Below are positions 9,313-19,071 of a DNA stretch of 64,000 nt, in pieces. The DNA lies in NCBI GenBank assembly GCA_963749075.1, contig CAVVLJ010000004.1, positions 256,001 through 320,000 on the forward strand, written 5' to 3'. Origin of the DNA: an uncultured Pseudomonadota bacterium. GTDB taxonomy: Bacteria > Pseudomonadota > Alphaproteobacteria > JACZXZ01. How positions within the stretch are numbered: the stretch's first letter is position 1; every line of letters begins with the position of its first letter. Both the position numbers and the translations under genes were made by a program. The notes beneath the pieces are model-generated. The model worked only from the letters and a program-made list of their open reading frames with translations, was not told the origin of the DNA and ran no database searches.

Positions 9313-9795
9313 CTAGCGCTCGCGGAAGCGCGCCTGGTCGCGCTCGTTGATGAGCTGCAGCAGCACCTGGCGGAAGCCCTCGACGGCCTCGGCACCGGCC
9401 TCGCGGAAGGCGCGCGCGAAGCGCTCGCGCTGGCGCAGTGTTAAGGCCTGCTCGAGCTCGCAGCCGCGCTCGGTGAGCTCGAGGCGGCGCTGGCGCCGGT
9501 CGGTCGGGCCGGGCCGCTGCACCACCACGCCGTCGCGCACGAGCTGGCCGAGCACGCGCGACAGGCTCTGCTTGGTGATGCGCAGGATGGTCAGGAGCTC
9601 GGTCACGCTGATCCCCGGATAGCGCTTGACGAAATAGATGACGCGGTGATGCGCGCGGCCGTAATCGTGCTCGGCGAGCAGCCGGTCCGCCTCGACCGTG
9701 AAGTCGCGATAGGCGAAGAAGAGGAGCTCCATGCCGCGGCGGAGATCCTCCTCGCGCAGGAAGAGCTGATTGAAGCCCGACTTTAAGTCAGCCAT
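9313..9795 (-). CDS. MarR-family regulator (PetP-like)
   Basis: ELLFFAYRDFT, GRAHHRV, ITKQSLSRVL, DRRQRRL; divergent from ilvE. Confidence 0.88.
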   Translation of the reverse strand: MADLKSGFNQLFLREEDLRRGMELLFFAYRDFTVEADRLLAEHDYGRAHHRVIYFVKRYPGISVTELLTILRITKQSLSRVLGQLVRDGVVVQRPGPTDRRQRRLELTERGCELEQALTLRQRERFARAFREAGAEAVEGFRQVLLQLINERDQARFRER

Positions 9796-9892
9796 GTTGA
9801 CGTATATGCCGTGGAATGCTACCTGAGGCAAGGGGGCGCACGCCGACCGCGCGCGGGCGCTTGGAATCATTCAGCCACGGACGATGCCCGAG

Positions 9893-10786
9893 ATGTCACT
9901 CATCCCTTTCGACGACCGTGACGGCACCATCTGGTTCGACGGCCATCTCATCCCCTGGCGCGACGCGAAGCTGCATGTGCTGAGCCACGGGCTGCACTAC
10001 GCGAGCTGCGTGTTCGAGGGCGAGCGCGTCTACCACGGCAGCGTCTTCAAGCTGACCGACCACAGCGAGCGCCTCGTCACCTCGGCGCGCATCCTCGACT
10101 TCGAGATTCCCTGGTCGGTCGCCGAGATCGACAAGGCGTGCAACGAGGTGGTGGTCGCCAACGACATCACTGACGGCTACGTGCGTCCGCTCGCCTGGCG
10201 CGGCAGCGAGATGATGGGCGTCTCGGCGCAGTCGAGCAAGATCCACCTGGCGATCGCCGCCTGGCCCTGGCCCTCCTACTTCTCGCCCGAGGCGCGGCTC
10301 AAGGGCATCCGCATGTGCTGGGCCAAGTACGCGCGGCCCTCGCCCCACACGGCGCCGACCTCGAGCAAGGCGGCGGGCCTCTACATGATCTGCACGATCA
10401 GCAAGCACGCGGCCGAGCGCGCGGGCTACGCGGACGCGCTCATGCTCGACTGGCGCGGCCAGATCGCCGAGGCGACCGGCGCCAACGTCTTCCTCGTGCG
10501 CAACGGCGAGCTCCATACGCCCACCCCCGACTGCTTCTTGAACGGCATCACGCGGCGCACGGTGATAGCACTCGCCGAGGAGCACCAGATCAAGGTGCAC
10601 GAGCGCGCCATCATGCCGGCCGAGCTGGCGACGACCCAGGAGGTCTTCATCTGCGGCACCGCCGCCGAGGTGACGCCGGTGGCCGAGATCGGCGAGTACC
10701 AGTTCAAGGTCGGGCCGGTCACGCGCCTTCTCATGGAGAGCTACGACAAGCTGGTGCGCCGCGGCGGCAAGAGCAAGGCGGCCTGA
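9893..10786 (+). CDS. ilvE: Branched-chain amino acid aminotransferase
   Basis: HGLHYASCVFEG, KAAGLY PLP lysine, EATGANVF, GTAAEVTP. Confidence 0.95.
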   Translation: MSLIPFDDRDGTIWFDGHLIPWRDAKLHVLSHGLHYASCVFEGERVYHGSVFKLTDHSERLVTSARILDFEIPWSVAEIDKACNEVVVANDITDGYVRPLAWRGSEMMGVSAQSSKIHLAIAAWPWPSYFSPEARLKGIRMCWAKYARPSPHTAPTSSKAAGLYMICTISKHAAERAGYADALMLDWRGQIAEATGANVFLVRNGELHTPTPDCFLNGITRRTVIALAEEHQIKVHERAIMPAELATTQEVFICGTAAEVTPVAEIGEYQFKVGPVTRLLMESYDKLVRRGGKSKAA

Positions 10787-10867
10787 GCGTCGCGCCCTTG
10801 CTTTAGTCGCGCGGCATGACAGGGCCGCAATGTCCACGCCGCTCAAGCCCACCTCGGGAGCCCGGCC

Positions 10868-13837
10868 ATGGCGGTGAGCGCCGGTACAGCTGCGGCGCCT
10901 TGGGTCGGGCGCTCGCTGCCGCGCGTCGAGGATGCGGCACTCCTCACCGGGCGCGGACGCTTCATCGACGATCTCGGCGTCCCGCCGGGCACGCTCCATG
11001 CGGCGATCCTACGCTCGCCCCACGCGCATGCCGAGATCGCAGCGATCGATGCCGCGCGCGCCCGGGGCCTGCCCGGCGTCGCCGCCGTGCTGACCGGCAA
11101 GGACGTGCAAGCGAGGAGCGCCGGCCTCGTCGTCGGTATCAAGGCGCCCATCGAGTGCTGGCCGATCGCCACCGATCGCGTGCGCTACGTGGGCGAGCCG
11201 ATAGCCGTGGTCGTGGCGCGCGACCGCTACGTCGCGGAGGACGCGCTCGACCTTATCGAGGTCCGCTACGCGCCGCTTGGAGCCGTCGTCGATCCGCGCG
11301 CAGCACTCGAGCCCGATGCGCCGGTGCTTCACCCGGGCCTCGGCGGCAACCTCGCGAGCGACCGCAGCTTCCGCTACGGCGACCCGGAGAGCGCCTTCGC
11401 CACAGCACCGCACAGGATCGCGATCGAGGTGAGCTATCCGCGCAACGCCTGCACGCCGATCGAGACCTATGGCGTGATCGCGGATTACGATCCGGCGCTC
11501 GACGCCTATGACGTGACGGCCAATTTCCAGGGGCCGTTCAGCATCCACGCGGTCATCGCCCGCGCGCTCAGGGTGCCGGGCAACCGCTTGCGCCTGCGCA
11601 CGCCGCCCGAATCCGGCGGCAGCTTCGGGGTCAAGCAGGGCGTCTTCCCCTACATCGTGCTCATAGCACTTGCCGCGCGCGCGGCCGGCCGGCCGGTCAA
11701 ATGGATCGAGGACCGCCTGGAGCATCTGGCGGCCTCGGCCTGCGCCACCAACCGCTTCACGCGGCTCGAGGCGGCGGTCGGCGGCGACGGCCGCATCCTG
11801 GCGCTCGCCTGGGACCAGATCGAGGATTGCGGCGCCCATCTCCGGGCGCCCGAGCCGGCGACGCTCTATCGCATGCACGGTAACATGAGCGGCGCCTACG
11901 ACGTCCGCCATCTCGCGATCCGCAACCGGGTCGTGCTCACCAACAAGATGCCGACCGGCCTCAACCGCGGCTTCGGCGGGCCGCAAGTCTATTACCCGCT
12001 GGAGCGGCTGGTGCAGCGCATCGCGCGCAAGTTGGGAGTCGACCCGCTCGAGGTGATCCGCCGCAATCTGGTGCGGCCCGAGGCGCTGCCCTACCGCACG
12101 GCCACCGGCGCCCTCCTCGATTCAGGCGACTATCCCGCGGCGATGGAGGCAGCGCTCGCCGAGGGCGGGCACGCGGAGCTCAGCCGCCGCCGCGACGCGG
12201 CGCGGGCGGAGGGGCGTCTCTACGGCATCGGCTATGCGGCGGTGGTGGAGCCGAGCGTCTCCAACATGGGCTACATCACGACCGTGCTGAGTGCCGCCGA
12301 GCGCCGCCGCGCCGGGCCCAAGGGAGGCGCCCAGGCGACCGCCACCATCGCCCTCGACCCGCTCGGCTCCGTGAGCGTCCACGTGGCCTCCGTGCCGCAG
12401 GGCCAGGGCCATCGCACGGTGTTAGCGCAAGTCGTGGCCGACGCTCTCGGCCTGCGGCCGCAGGACATCCGCGTCGTCACCGACATCGACACAGGGAAAG
12501 ACGCCTGGTCCATCGCGTCGGGCAATTATTCGAGCCGTTTCGCCCCCGCGGTCGCCGGTGCGGCACATCTCGCGGCCACGCGTCTGCGCGAGCGCCTGGC
12601 GCGCATCGCCGCCGCCCGGCTCAACGTGCCGGCCGCGGAGGTCGTCTTTGCAGGAGGTCGCGTCGAGGCGCGCGGCAATGCGGACAATGCCGTGCCCTTC
12701 GCCCGGCTCGCCGCCGCCTCCCATTGGGCGCCGGGCACGCTGCCCGCCGGAGCCGGCCAGGCGATCCGCGAGACCGTGTTCTGGACGCCGCCGGAGCTCG
12801 CGGCGCCGAACGAGGCCGACGAGGTCAACAGCTCGCTCTGCCACGGCTTCATCTTCGATCTGTGCGGCGTCGAGGTCGACCGCATGACCGGCGCCGTCAG
12901 GATCGAGCGCTACGTAAGCATGCATGATTGCGGCCGCATCCTCCATCCCGGCATGGTCGCCGGCCAGGTGCAGGGCGGCTTCGCCCACGGCCTGGGTGCC
13001 GCCTTGCTGGAGGAGCAGGCTTACGGCCCGGACGGCAGCCTGCTCTCCGGCACGCTCGCCGATTACCTGATCCCGACGGCGATGGAGGTGCCGGCGCCGC
13101 ACATCCTCCATCGCGAGACGCCGTCGCCCCTCACCCCGCTCGGCGCCAAGGGCGTGGGCGAGGGCAACTGCATGTCGACGCCCGTCTGCATCGCCAATGC
13201 CGTGGCCGACGCGCTCGACATGGACGACATCTCGCTCCCGCTCCTGCCGGCGCGGCTTGCGGCGCACCTCCACGGCCCGGAAGCGGCGGCGCCGAAGACG
13301 GCTCCCGCCAGCGCGCCCGCGGGGGCCGCCTCCGGCCGCAGGCTCTTCGGCGAGGGAGGGGCGGCCGTCGAGGCGCCCGCGGCGAAAGTCTGGGCGATGC
13401 TGCTCGACCCCGAGACGCTCCTCGCGGCGGTGCCGGGAGCGCATGCCATCGAGAAGCTTTCGGATACGCGTTTCCGCGCGGAGCTCACGCTCGGCGTGGG
13501 GCCGGTCAAGGGCCGCTACCGCGCGGAGATCGCACTCTCGGACGCGCTGCCGCCGCAATCCGTCACCTTGGCCGGCTCGGCCGAGGGCGCCCTCGGCTTC
13601 GGCCGCGGCACGGGCCATGTGAGCTTGCGCGAGGAGGCGGCGGGCCGCACGACCATAGCCTACCGCTACGAGGCGGCGATCGGCGGCAAGATCGCGTCGA
13701 TCGGCGGCCGGCTCCTCGACGGTGCCGCGCGCGTCATCATCGCGCAGTTCTTCGCGGCCTTGGCGCGGCAGGCGGGCCGCCGCCGGCCGGGCGGCCTCTT
13801 CGCCTGGCTGCGGCGCATCCTCCGGGGGCGGCCATGA
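10868..13837 (+). CDS. hmfA: 2-furoyl-CoA dehydrogenase large (molybdopterin) subunit with C-terminal CoxG/SRPBCC domain
   Basis: XDH-family motifs GGSFGVK, NRGFGGPQ, QGQGHRT, GQVQGG, GAKGVGE; CoxG tail; operon context. Confidence 0.85.
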   Translation: MAVSAGTAAAPWVGRSLPRVEDAALLTGRGRFIDDLGVPPGTLHAAILRSPHAHAEIAAIDAARARGLPGVAAVLTGKDVQARSAGLVVGIKAPIECWPIATDRVRYVGEPIAVVVARDRYVAEDALDLIEVRYAPLGAVVDPRAALEPDAPVLHPGLGGNLASDRSFRYGDPESAFATAPHRIAIEVSYPRNACTPIETYGVIADYDPALDAYDVTANFQGPFSIHAVIARALRVPGNRLRLRTPPESGGSFGVKQGVFPYIVLIALAARAAGRPVKWIEDRLEHLAASACATNRFTRLEAAVGGDGRILALAWDQIEDCGAHLRAPEPATLYRMHGNMSGAYDVRHLAIRNRVVLTNKMPTGLNRGFGGPQVYYPLERLVQRIARKLGVDPLEVIRRNLVRPEALPYRTATGALLDSGDYPAAMEAALAEGGHAELSRRRDAARAEGRLYGIGYAAVVEPSVSNMGYITTVLSAAERRRAGPKGGAQATATIALDPLGSVSVHVASVPQGQGHRTVLAQVVADALGLRPQDIRVVTDIDTGKDAWSIASGNYSSRFAPAVAGAAHLAATRLRERLARIAAARLNVPAAEVVFAGGRVEARGNADNAVPFARLAAASHWAPGTLPAGAGQAIRETVFWTPPELAAPNEADEVNSSLCHGFIFDLCGVEVDRMTGAVRIERYVSMHDCGRILHPGMVAGQVQGGFAHGLGAALLEEQAYGPDGSLLSGTLADYLIPTAMEVPAPHILHRETPSPLTPLGAKGVGEGNCMSTPVCIANAVADALDMDDISLPLLPARLAAHLHGPEAAAPKTAPASAPAGAASGRRLFGEGGAAVEAPAAKVWAMLLDPETLLAAVPGAHAIEKLSDTRFRAELTLGVGPVKGRYRAEIALSDALPPQSVTLAGSAEGALGFGRGTGHVSLREEAAGRTTIAYRYEAAIGGKIASIGGRLLDGAARVIIAQFFAALARQAGRRRPGGLFAWLRRILRGRP

Positions 13838-14661
13838 AGCCGGCGCGCTTCGATTACATCGCGGCAGCGAGCAGCGAGGAGGCGTTGGCGGCGCTCGCCG
13901 AGGAGGGCTCGAGCGCGCGCGTGCTTGCCGGCGGCCAGTCGCTCCTGCCGATGCTGAACATGCGGCTGGCGCGGCCGGGGGTGCTGGTCGACATCATGGG
14001 CATCGCCGACTGGCGCCGCGTCGAGGACGACGGCAAAGCACTCCGCATCGGCGCTGCCGTGCGCCAGGCGGCACTCGAGCGGCTGCCGGACTTGGCACGG
14101 CGCCAGCCCCTGCTCGCGGCAGCACTGCCCTGGGTCGGCCATCCCCAGACGCGCAGCCGCGGCACGGTGTGCGGCTCGGTCGCCCACGCCGACCCCAGCG
14201 CAGAGCTGCCGCTCGTGCTGGTCGCCCTCGGCGGGCACGTGCATCTGCGCTCGGCCAAGCGTGCGCGCAAGCTGCCGGCCGAGGCGTTCTTCACCGGCAT
14301 GATGGCGACCGCGTGCGCCGACGATGAGCTGGTCGAGGCCGTGTCGCTGCCGAAAGCACGGCCGGGAACGGGCTACGCCTTCCGCGAGGTGGCGCGGCGC
14401 CACGGCGATTTTGCCATCATCGGCTGTGCCGCCGTGGTGGAGGGCGATGGCGCCCGCCTCGCGATCGGCGGCGTCGCCGACCGGCCGATCGCGCGCCAAG
14501 TGCCCAAGCCGGACGCCAAGGAGCTCGACGAGGCGCTCGACGCTTTTGCCTGGTCGCTCGAGGCGCGCGACGATCTCCATGCCACGGCGCGCTACCGGCG
14601 CGAGCTGGTGCGAAGGCTCGGCCGTGCCACCCTCGAGGAGGCAGCAACATGCCGCGGCTGA
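13834..14661 (+). CDS. hmfB: 2-furoyl-CoA dehydrogenase FAD subunit
   Basis: MKPARFDY, LAGGQSLLP, RGTVCGSVAHADP, RRHGDFA; ATGA overlap with hmfA. Confidence 0.85.
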   Translation: MKPARFDYIAAASSEEALAALAEEGSSARVLAGGQSLLPMLNMRLARPGVLVDIMGIADWRRVEDDGKALRIGAAVRQAALERLPDLARRQPLLAAALPWVGHPQTRSRGTVCGSVAHADPSAELPLVLVALGGHVHLRSAKRARKLPAEAFFTGMMATACADDELVEAVSLPKARPGTGYAFREVARRHGDFAIIGCAAVVEGDGARLAIGGVADRPIARQVPKPDAKELDEALDAFAWSLEARDDLHATARYRRELVRRLGRATLEEAATCRG

Positions 14662-15155
14662 CGGGCGAGCGCCGCCATCTCGTGAGCTTCACGCTCAACG
14701 GCGAGAGCGTCGCGGGCGAGGCCGAGCCGCGCATGCTGCTGAGCGATTTCCTCCGCCACGTACTCGGCTGGACCGGCACCCACGTCGGCTGCGAGCACGG
14801 CGTCTGCGGCGCCTGCACGGTCGAGATCGACGGGGCTCCGGCGCGCGCCTGCCTCGCCCTCGCCGTGCAAGTGCGGGGCGCCGATATCCGCACCGTCGAG
14901 GGACTGGCGCCAGCACCGGACCGGCTCTCGGTCCTCCAGGAGTGCTTCCGCACCCATCACGGCCTGCAATGCGGCTTCTGCACGGCCGGCATCCTCGTCT
15001 CGCTCGCGGCCCTGCTGCGTGAGCGGCCGGCGGCCTCGGAGGCGGAGATCCGCGAGACGCTTGCCGGCCATCTCTGCCGCTGCACCGGCTATGTTTCCAT
15101 CATGGAGGCGGCACTCGCCGCGCAAAGGCACCTGGGGAAGACGACGGATGCTTGA
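14649..15155 (+). CDS. hmfC: 2-furoyl-CoA dehydrogenase 2Fe-2S subunit
   Basis: [24 protein letters not shown]. Confidence 0.87.
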   Translation: MPRLTGERRHLVSFTLNGESVAGEAEPRMLLSDFLRHVLGWTGTHVGCEHGVCGACTVEIDGAPARACLALAVQVRGADIRTVEGLAPAPDRLSVLQECFRTHHGLQCGFCTAGILVSLAALLRERPAASEAEIRETLAGHLCRCTGYVSIMEAALAAQRHLGKTTDA

Positions 15156-16713
15156 TCTCGGCACCAGCTTTCTCGCGAGCGTCGCGCGCGATCCCGAGGC
15201 GGTCGCGATCGTCGACGGCGAGCTGCGCCTCACCTACGCGGCGTGGTTCGGGAGGATCTCCGCCGTGGTTGCGGGACTGGATGCGCTCGGCCTCGGCATC
15301 GGCGACCATCTCGCGAGCGTGCTGCAGAACCGCTGGGAGGCGGCGACGCTCCACTGGGCCTGCCAGTTCGCCGGCATCATCCTGACGCCGCTCAACTGGC
15401 GGGTCAAAAGCGGCGAGCTCGACTTTTGCCTGGGCGATGCCGACGCGGCACTCCTCCTCTACGAGGGCGTCGCGGCCGAGGCCGTGGCGCGCTCGGCGAG
15501 AGCCCGGCAGCTGCCGCGCGTCCGCGTGGGCGAGCCTGCTGCGGGAGAGACCGCCTTCTCGGCACTGCTGGCGGCGCCAAGCCCCGGGGCCGCACCCCGC
15601 GTCGACGCCGAGGCCTGGTCGCTCATGCTCTATACCTCGGGCACCACCTCGCGGCCCAAGGGCGTGCCGCGGCGCCATCGCGCCGAGCGCGCAGCCGCCC
15701 TCGCCCATGTGGCGCAGAACCTCTACGGCCGCGGCGAGCGCACGCTCGGCGTCATGCCGCTCTATCACACCATGGGCGTGCGCTCGCTCCTCGCCATGTC
15801 GCTCCTCGGCGGCACCTTCGTCTGCCTGCCGCGGTTCGACGCCAAGGCGGCGCTCGAGCTCATCGCGCGCGAGCGCATCACCAACCTCTATCTGGTGCCG
15901 ACGCTCTACCACGATCTCGTCCATCATGCCGATTTTGCCGCCTCCGAGGTCGGCTCGGTGCGCAAGCTCGGCTTCGCCGGCGCGCCGATGACCGAGGCGC
16001 TTTTGCAGAAGCTCGACGCGGCGTTCAAGCCGGCGCTCTTCGTGAACCACTACGGGAGCTCCGAGGTCTACACCTGCACGGTCGACCAGCGGGCGGCGGC
16101 AAAGCCGGGCTCGGCCGGCCGCGCCGGGTTGAACCAGCTGATCCGCGTGGTGAAGCTGGGTGCGGCTCGGCCCGATGCGCTGGCGGCTCCCGGCGAGGAG
16201 GGCGAGATCGTCGCCCTCCTTAGCGGCGACGAGGCCTTCGAGGGCTATTGGCGGCGCGCGGAAGCCGACGCCAAGGCGCTCCGCGGCGGCTGGTACTTCA
16301 CCGGCGACACCGGCTATTTCGATGCCGCGGGCGACCTCTACGTCACCGGGCGCGTCGACGACATGATCATCACCGGCGGCGAGAACGTCTCGCCCGTCGA
16401 GGTCGAGAGCTGCCTCTCGCTGCATCCGGCGGTCTCGGAGGTCGCGGTCGTGGGCCTGGCCGACGAGCGCCTGGGCCAGGCGGTCGTCGCTTTCGTCAAG
16501 TGCTCAGCCCCGCTCGAGAGCGCCGAGCTCGACGCCTTCTGCCGCCACTCCGGCCTGGCGAACTTCAAGCGCCCGCGCCGCTTCCTTTTCGTCAACGAAA
16601 TCCCGAAATCGCCGGTCGGCAAGCTCTTGCGGCGCAAGCTGGTCGAGGGCGACTATCGGCTCGCCGATGCCGTCCCGCGCCAAGGAGAGGAGCCGAGACA
16701 TGAGCGAGACTGA
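15148..16713 (+). CDS. hmfD: 2-furoate-CoA ligase
   Basis: YTSGTTSRPKG, YGSSE, TGD, GRVDDMIITGGEN, PKSPVGK. Confidence 0.85.
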   Translation: MLDLGTSFLASVARDPEAVAIVDGELRLTYAAWFGRISAVVAGLDALGLGIGDHLASVLQNRWEAATLHWACQFAGIILTPLNWRVKSGELDFCLGDADAALLLYEGVAAEAVARSARARQLPRVRVGEPAAGETAFSALLAAPSPGAAPRVDAEAWSLMLYTSGTTSRPKGVPRRHRAERAAALAHVAQNLYGRGERTLGVMPLYHTMGVRSLLAMSLLGGTFVCLPRFDAKAALELIARERITNLYLVPTLYHDLVHHADFAASEVGSVRKLGFAGAPMTEALLQKLDAAFKPALFVNHYGSSEVYTCTVDQRAAAKPGSAGRAGLNQLIRVVKLGAARPDALAAPGEEGEIVALLSGDEAFEGYWRRAEADAKALRGGWYFTGDTGYFDAAGDLYVTGRVDDMIITGGENVSPVEVESCLSLHPAVSEVAVVGLADERLGQAVVAFVKCSAPLESAELDAFCRHSGLANFKRPRRFLFVNEIPKSPVGKLLRRKLVEGDYRLADAVPRQGEEPRHERD

Positions 16714-17494
16714 CGCGCGCCTTCTGGGCCTGGACGGCTTCCGTGTCGAGCTGCGGCCTGAGCGCGCGTGCGCCTCTGTGATCCTCGACCGCCCGCCCCT
16801 CAACGTCATCACCATGCCGCAGCGCGACCAGATCCGCCGGGCGTTCGAGGCGCTCGACGAGGACGCGCGCGTGCGCGTGATCGTGCTGCGCGCCGCCGGC
16901 GAGCACTTCTCCTCGGGCGGCTACATCAAGGGCTTCGTCGAGGCCTCGCCCGAAGAGGTCTCCAGGCTTGCCTGGAACATCGCGGCCCCGGCGCGCTGCT
17001 CGAAGCCGGTCATCGCCGCCAACCGCGGCTTCTGCTTCGGCGTCGGCTTCGAGCTCTCGCTCGCCTGCGATTTCCGCCTCGTCTCGGAGACCTGCCAATA
17101 CGCGCTGCCGGAGCAGAAGCTCGGCCAGATCCCGGGCTCGGGCGGCTCGGCGCGGCTGCAGAAGATCGTCGGCATCACGCGCACCAAGGACATCGTCATG
17201 CGCTCCAAGCGCATTCCGGCGAAGCAGGCCTACGAGTGGGGCATCGCCACCGAGGTCGTGCCGGACGACAAGCTGGAGGCGGCGGCCGAAGCGCTCGCCG
17301 AGGAACTGAGCGCATTCGCGCCGCTCGCCCAGCGCACGGCGAAGAAGCTCCTCAACGATACCGAGGACGCCTCGCTGTCGCTTGCCATCGAGCTCGAGGG
17401 CCATTGCTACAGCCGGCTGCGCTCGTCCGAGGATTTCCGCGAGGGCGTGGCCGCCTTCCACGAGAAGCGCGCGCCCAAGTTCCGCGGGCTGTGA
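16700..17494 (+). CDS. hmfE: 2-oxoglutaroyl-CoA hydrolase (crotonase fold)
   Basis: EHFSSGG, LAWNIAAPARCSKPVIAANRG, LPEQKLGQIPGSGGSARLQK resemble HmfE as recalled. Confidence 0.87.
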   Translation: MSETDARLLGLDGFRVELRPERACASVILDRPPLNVITMPQRDQIRRAFEALDEDARVRVIVLRAAGEHFSSGGYIKGFVEASPEEVSRLAWNIAAPARCSKPVIAANRGFCFGVGFELSLACDFRLVSETCQYALPEQKLGQIPGSGGSARLQKIVGITRTKDIVMRSKRIPAKQAYEWGIATEVVPDDKLEAAAEALAEELSAFAPLAQRTAKKLLNDTEDASLSLAIELEGHCYSRLRSSEDFREGVAAFHEKRAPKFRGL

Positions 17495-17515
17495 GGAGAC
17501 GGGGAGGGCCAAACC

Positions 17516-18931
17516 ATGTCCGATGCTCTTCGCGCCAACGCGCCGGCGGCGGTGCCGGTCGCCACGCTGCGCGGCTGGCTCGACCACCTGGCGGAGCACG
17601 GCCGCTTGGCCGTCATCCGCCCGGGTGCTGCGCTGCGCTTCGAGCTCGCGGCGATCGCCAAGCGGCTCGACGGAGAGAAAGCGACCTTCTTCCCGCGCCC
17701 CGGCGGCCACGCGATCCCGGTGGTCTCGGGCCTGCTCGGCGCGCGCGCCTGGATCGCCGATGCCATGGGCGTGCCGGCGGACGCCATCCTCGCGCGCTTC
17801 AGCGAAGCAGCAGCCAATCCGCTGCCGTGGCGCGAGGTCGCCTCGGCGCCGGTGCAGGAGGTGGTGCACGACGAGGTGGACCTGGAGCGCCTCTTGCCGA
17901 TCCCCACCCACAACGAGCTCGACAGCGGCCCCTACATCAGCGCCGGGCTGATGATCGCGCGCAACCCGCTGACGGGCGTGCAGAACGTCGCCATCCACCG
18001 CTGCCAATTGAGTGGACCCGACAGGCTCGGCGTGCTGCTGCTGCCGCGCCACACTCTCGCCTTCTACCAGGCGGCCGAGCAGGCGGGCGAGGCACTCGAG
18101 ATCGCCATCGTCATCGGCGTCGATCCCTTGACTGCACTCGCCTCCCAGGCGATCGTGCCGATCGACCACGACGAGCTGGAGATCGCCGGCGCCTTGCACG
18201 GCGAGCCGCTCGAGGTGGTGAAATGCCTGAGCAATGCGGTGCGCGTGCCCGCCGGCGCCGAGATCGTGCTCGAGGGCCGGCTCCTGCCGCGGACACGCGA
18301 GCCCGAGGGGCCCTTCGGCGAATTCCCGCAATATTACGGCGAGCGCGCCGAGCGGCACGTGGCGAAGATCGAGCGCATCACGCATCGGCGCGATGCCATC
18401 TTCCACACCATCGTCGGCGGCGCCAACGAGCATCTCTTGCTCGGCGCCATCCCGCGCGAGGCGACGCTCCTCGGCCATCTTAAGCGCAATTTCCCGGGCG
18501 TGCTCGACGTGCACCTCTCGATGGGCGGCGTCGGGCGCTACGTGCTCTACGTCAAGCTGCGCAAACGCGAGGAAGGCGAGGCCAAGAACGTGATCATGGG
18601 CGCCTTCGCCGGGCACTACGACGTGAAGCAGGTGGTGGTGGTCGACGAGGACATCGACATCGCAAGCGCGCGCGAGGTCGAATGGGCGGTGGCCACGCGC
18701 GCCCAGGCCGACCGCGACCTGGTCGTCGTCGCCAACAGCCAGGGCTCGAAGCTCGACCCCTCGTCGGAGAACGGCGTCGGCGCCAAGATGGGGATCGACG
18801 CCACCGTCCCCTTGGCAGCACCACCGGGGAAGTTCAAGCGCATCCACGTGCCAGGCGAGGAGAGCGTCGACCCCGCGGCGGTCATCGACAGCGCCGCTGG
18901 CGGCGATTGGCGGCGCGGACTCGGAGGGTAG
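17516..18931 (+). CDS. hmfF: 2,5-furandicarboxylate decarboxylase (UbiD family)
   Basis: NVAIHR, EGPFGEFPQYY, VVVDEDID, KMGIDAT; context. Confidence 0.85.
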   Translation: MSDALRANAPAAVPVATLRGWLDHLAEHGRLAVIRPGAALRFELAAIAKRLDGEKATFFPRPGGHAIPVVSGLLGARAWIADAMGVPADAILARFSEAAANPLPWREVASAPVQEVVHDEVDLERLLPIPTHNELDSGPYISAGLMIARNPLTGVQNVAIHRCQLSGPDRLGVLLLPRHTLAFYQAAEQAGEALEIAIVIGVDPLTALASQAIVPIDHDELEIAGALHGEPLEVVKCLSNAVRVPAGAEIVLEGRLLPRTREPEGPFGEFPQYYGERAERHVAKIERITHRRDAIFHTIVGGANEHLLLGAIPREATLLGHLKRNFPGVLDVHLSMGGVGRYVLYVKLRKREEGEAKNVIMGAFAGHYDVKQVVVVDEDIDIASAREVEWAVATRAQADRDLVVVANSQGSKLDPSSENGVGAKMGIDATVPLAAPPGKFKRIHVPGEESVDPAAVIDSAAGGDWRRGLGG

Positions 18932-18993
18932 CGTTTGGAATCATTGCGGCGCAGGACCGCCTTCCCATCGACCACTCCTCAACGGGCGGTCGA

Positions 18994-19027
18994 TCCCCCT
19001 CGAGGGGGAGGGTTGGGGTGGGGGGTG
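18994..19027. repeat. Partial palindromic repeat, family A
   Basis: TCCCCCTCGAGGGGGAGGGTTGGGGTGGGGGG, close to 61445-61478. Confidence 0.7.
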
Positions 19028-19071
19028 GCACTGTCTCACAACAAAATCATCGCACCCGGAGGGGGATTGAC

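Noticed and set aside
12928-13833. N-terminal extension of hmfB in the ORF track (and similar extensions for uvrB, modA, moaD, fusA-like)
   Set aside because: Family homology begins at downstream starts supported by SD, overlap or -10 signals
10868-15155. Aerobic CO dehydrogenase or xanthine dehydrogenase
   Set aside because: Active-site loop is LNRGFG, not AYXCSFR; flanking ligase, crotonase, UbiD and MFS fit the hmf pathway
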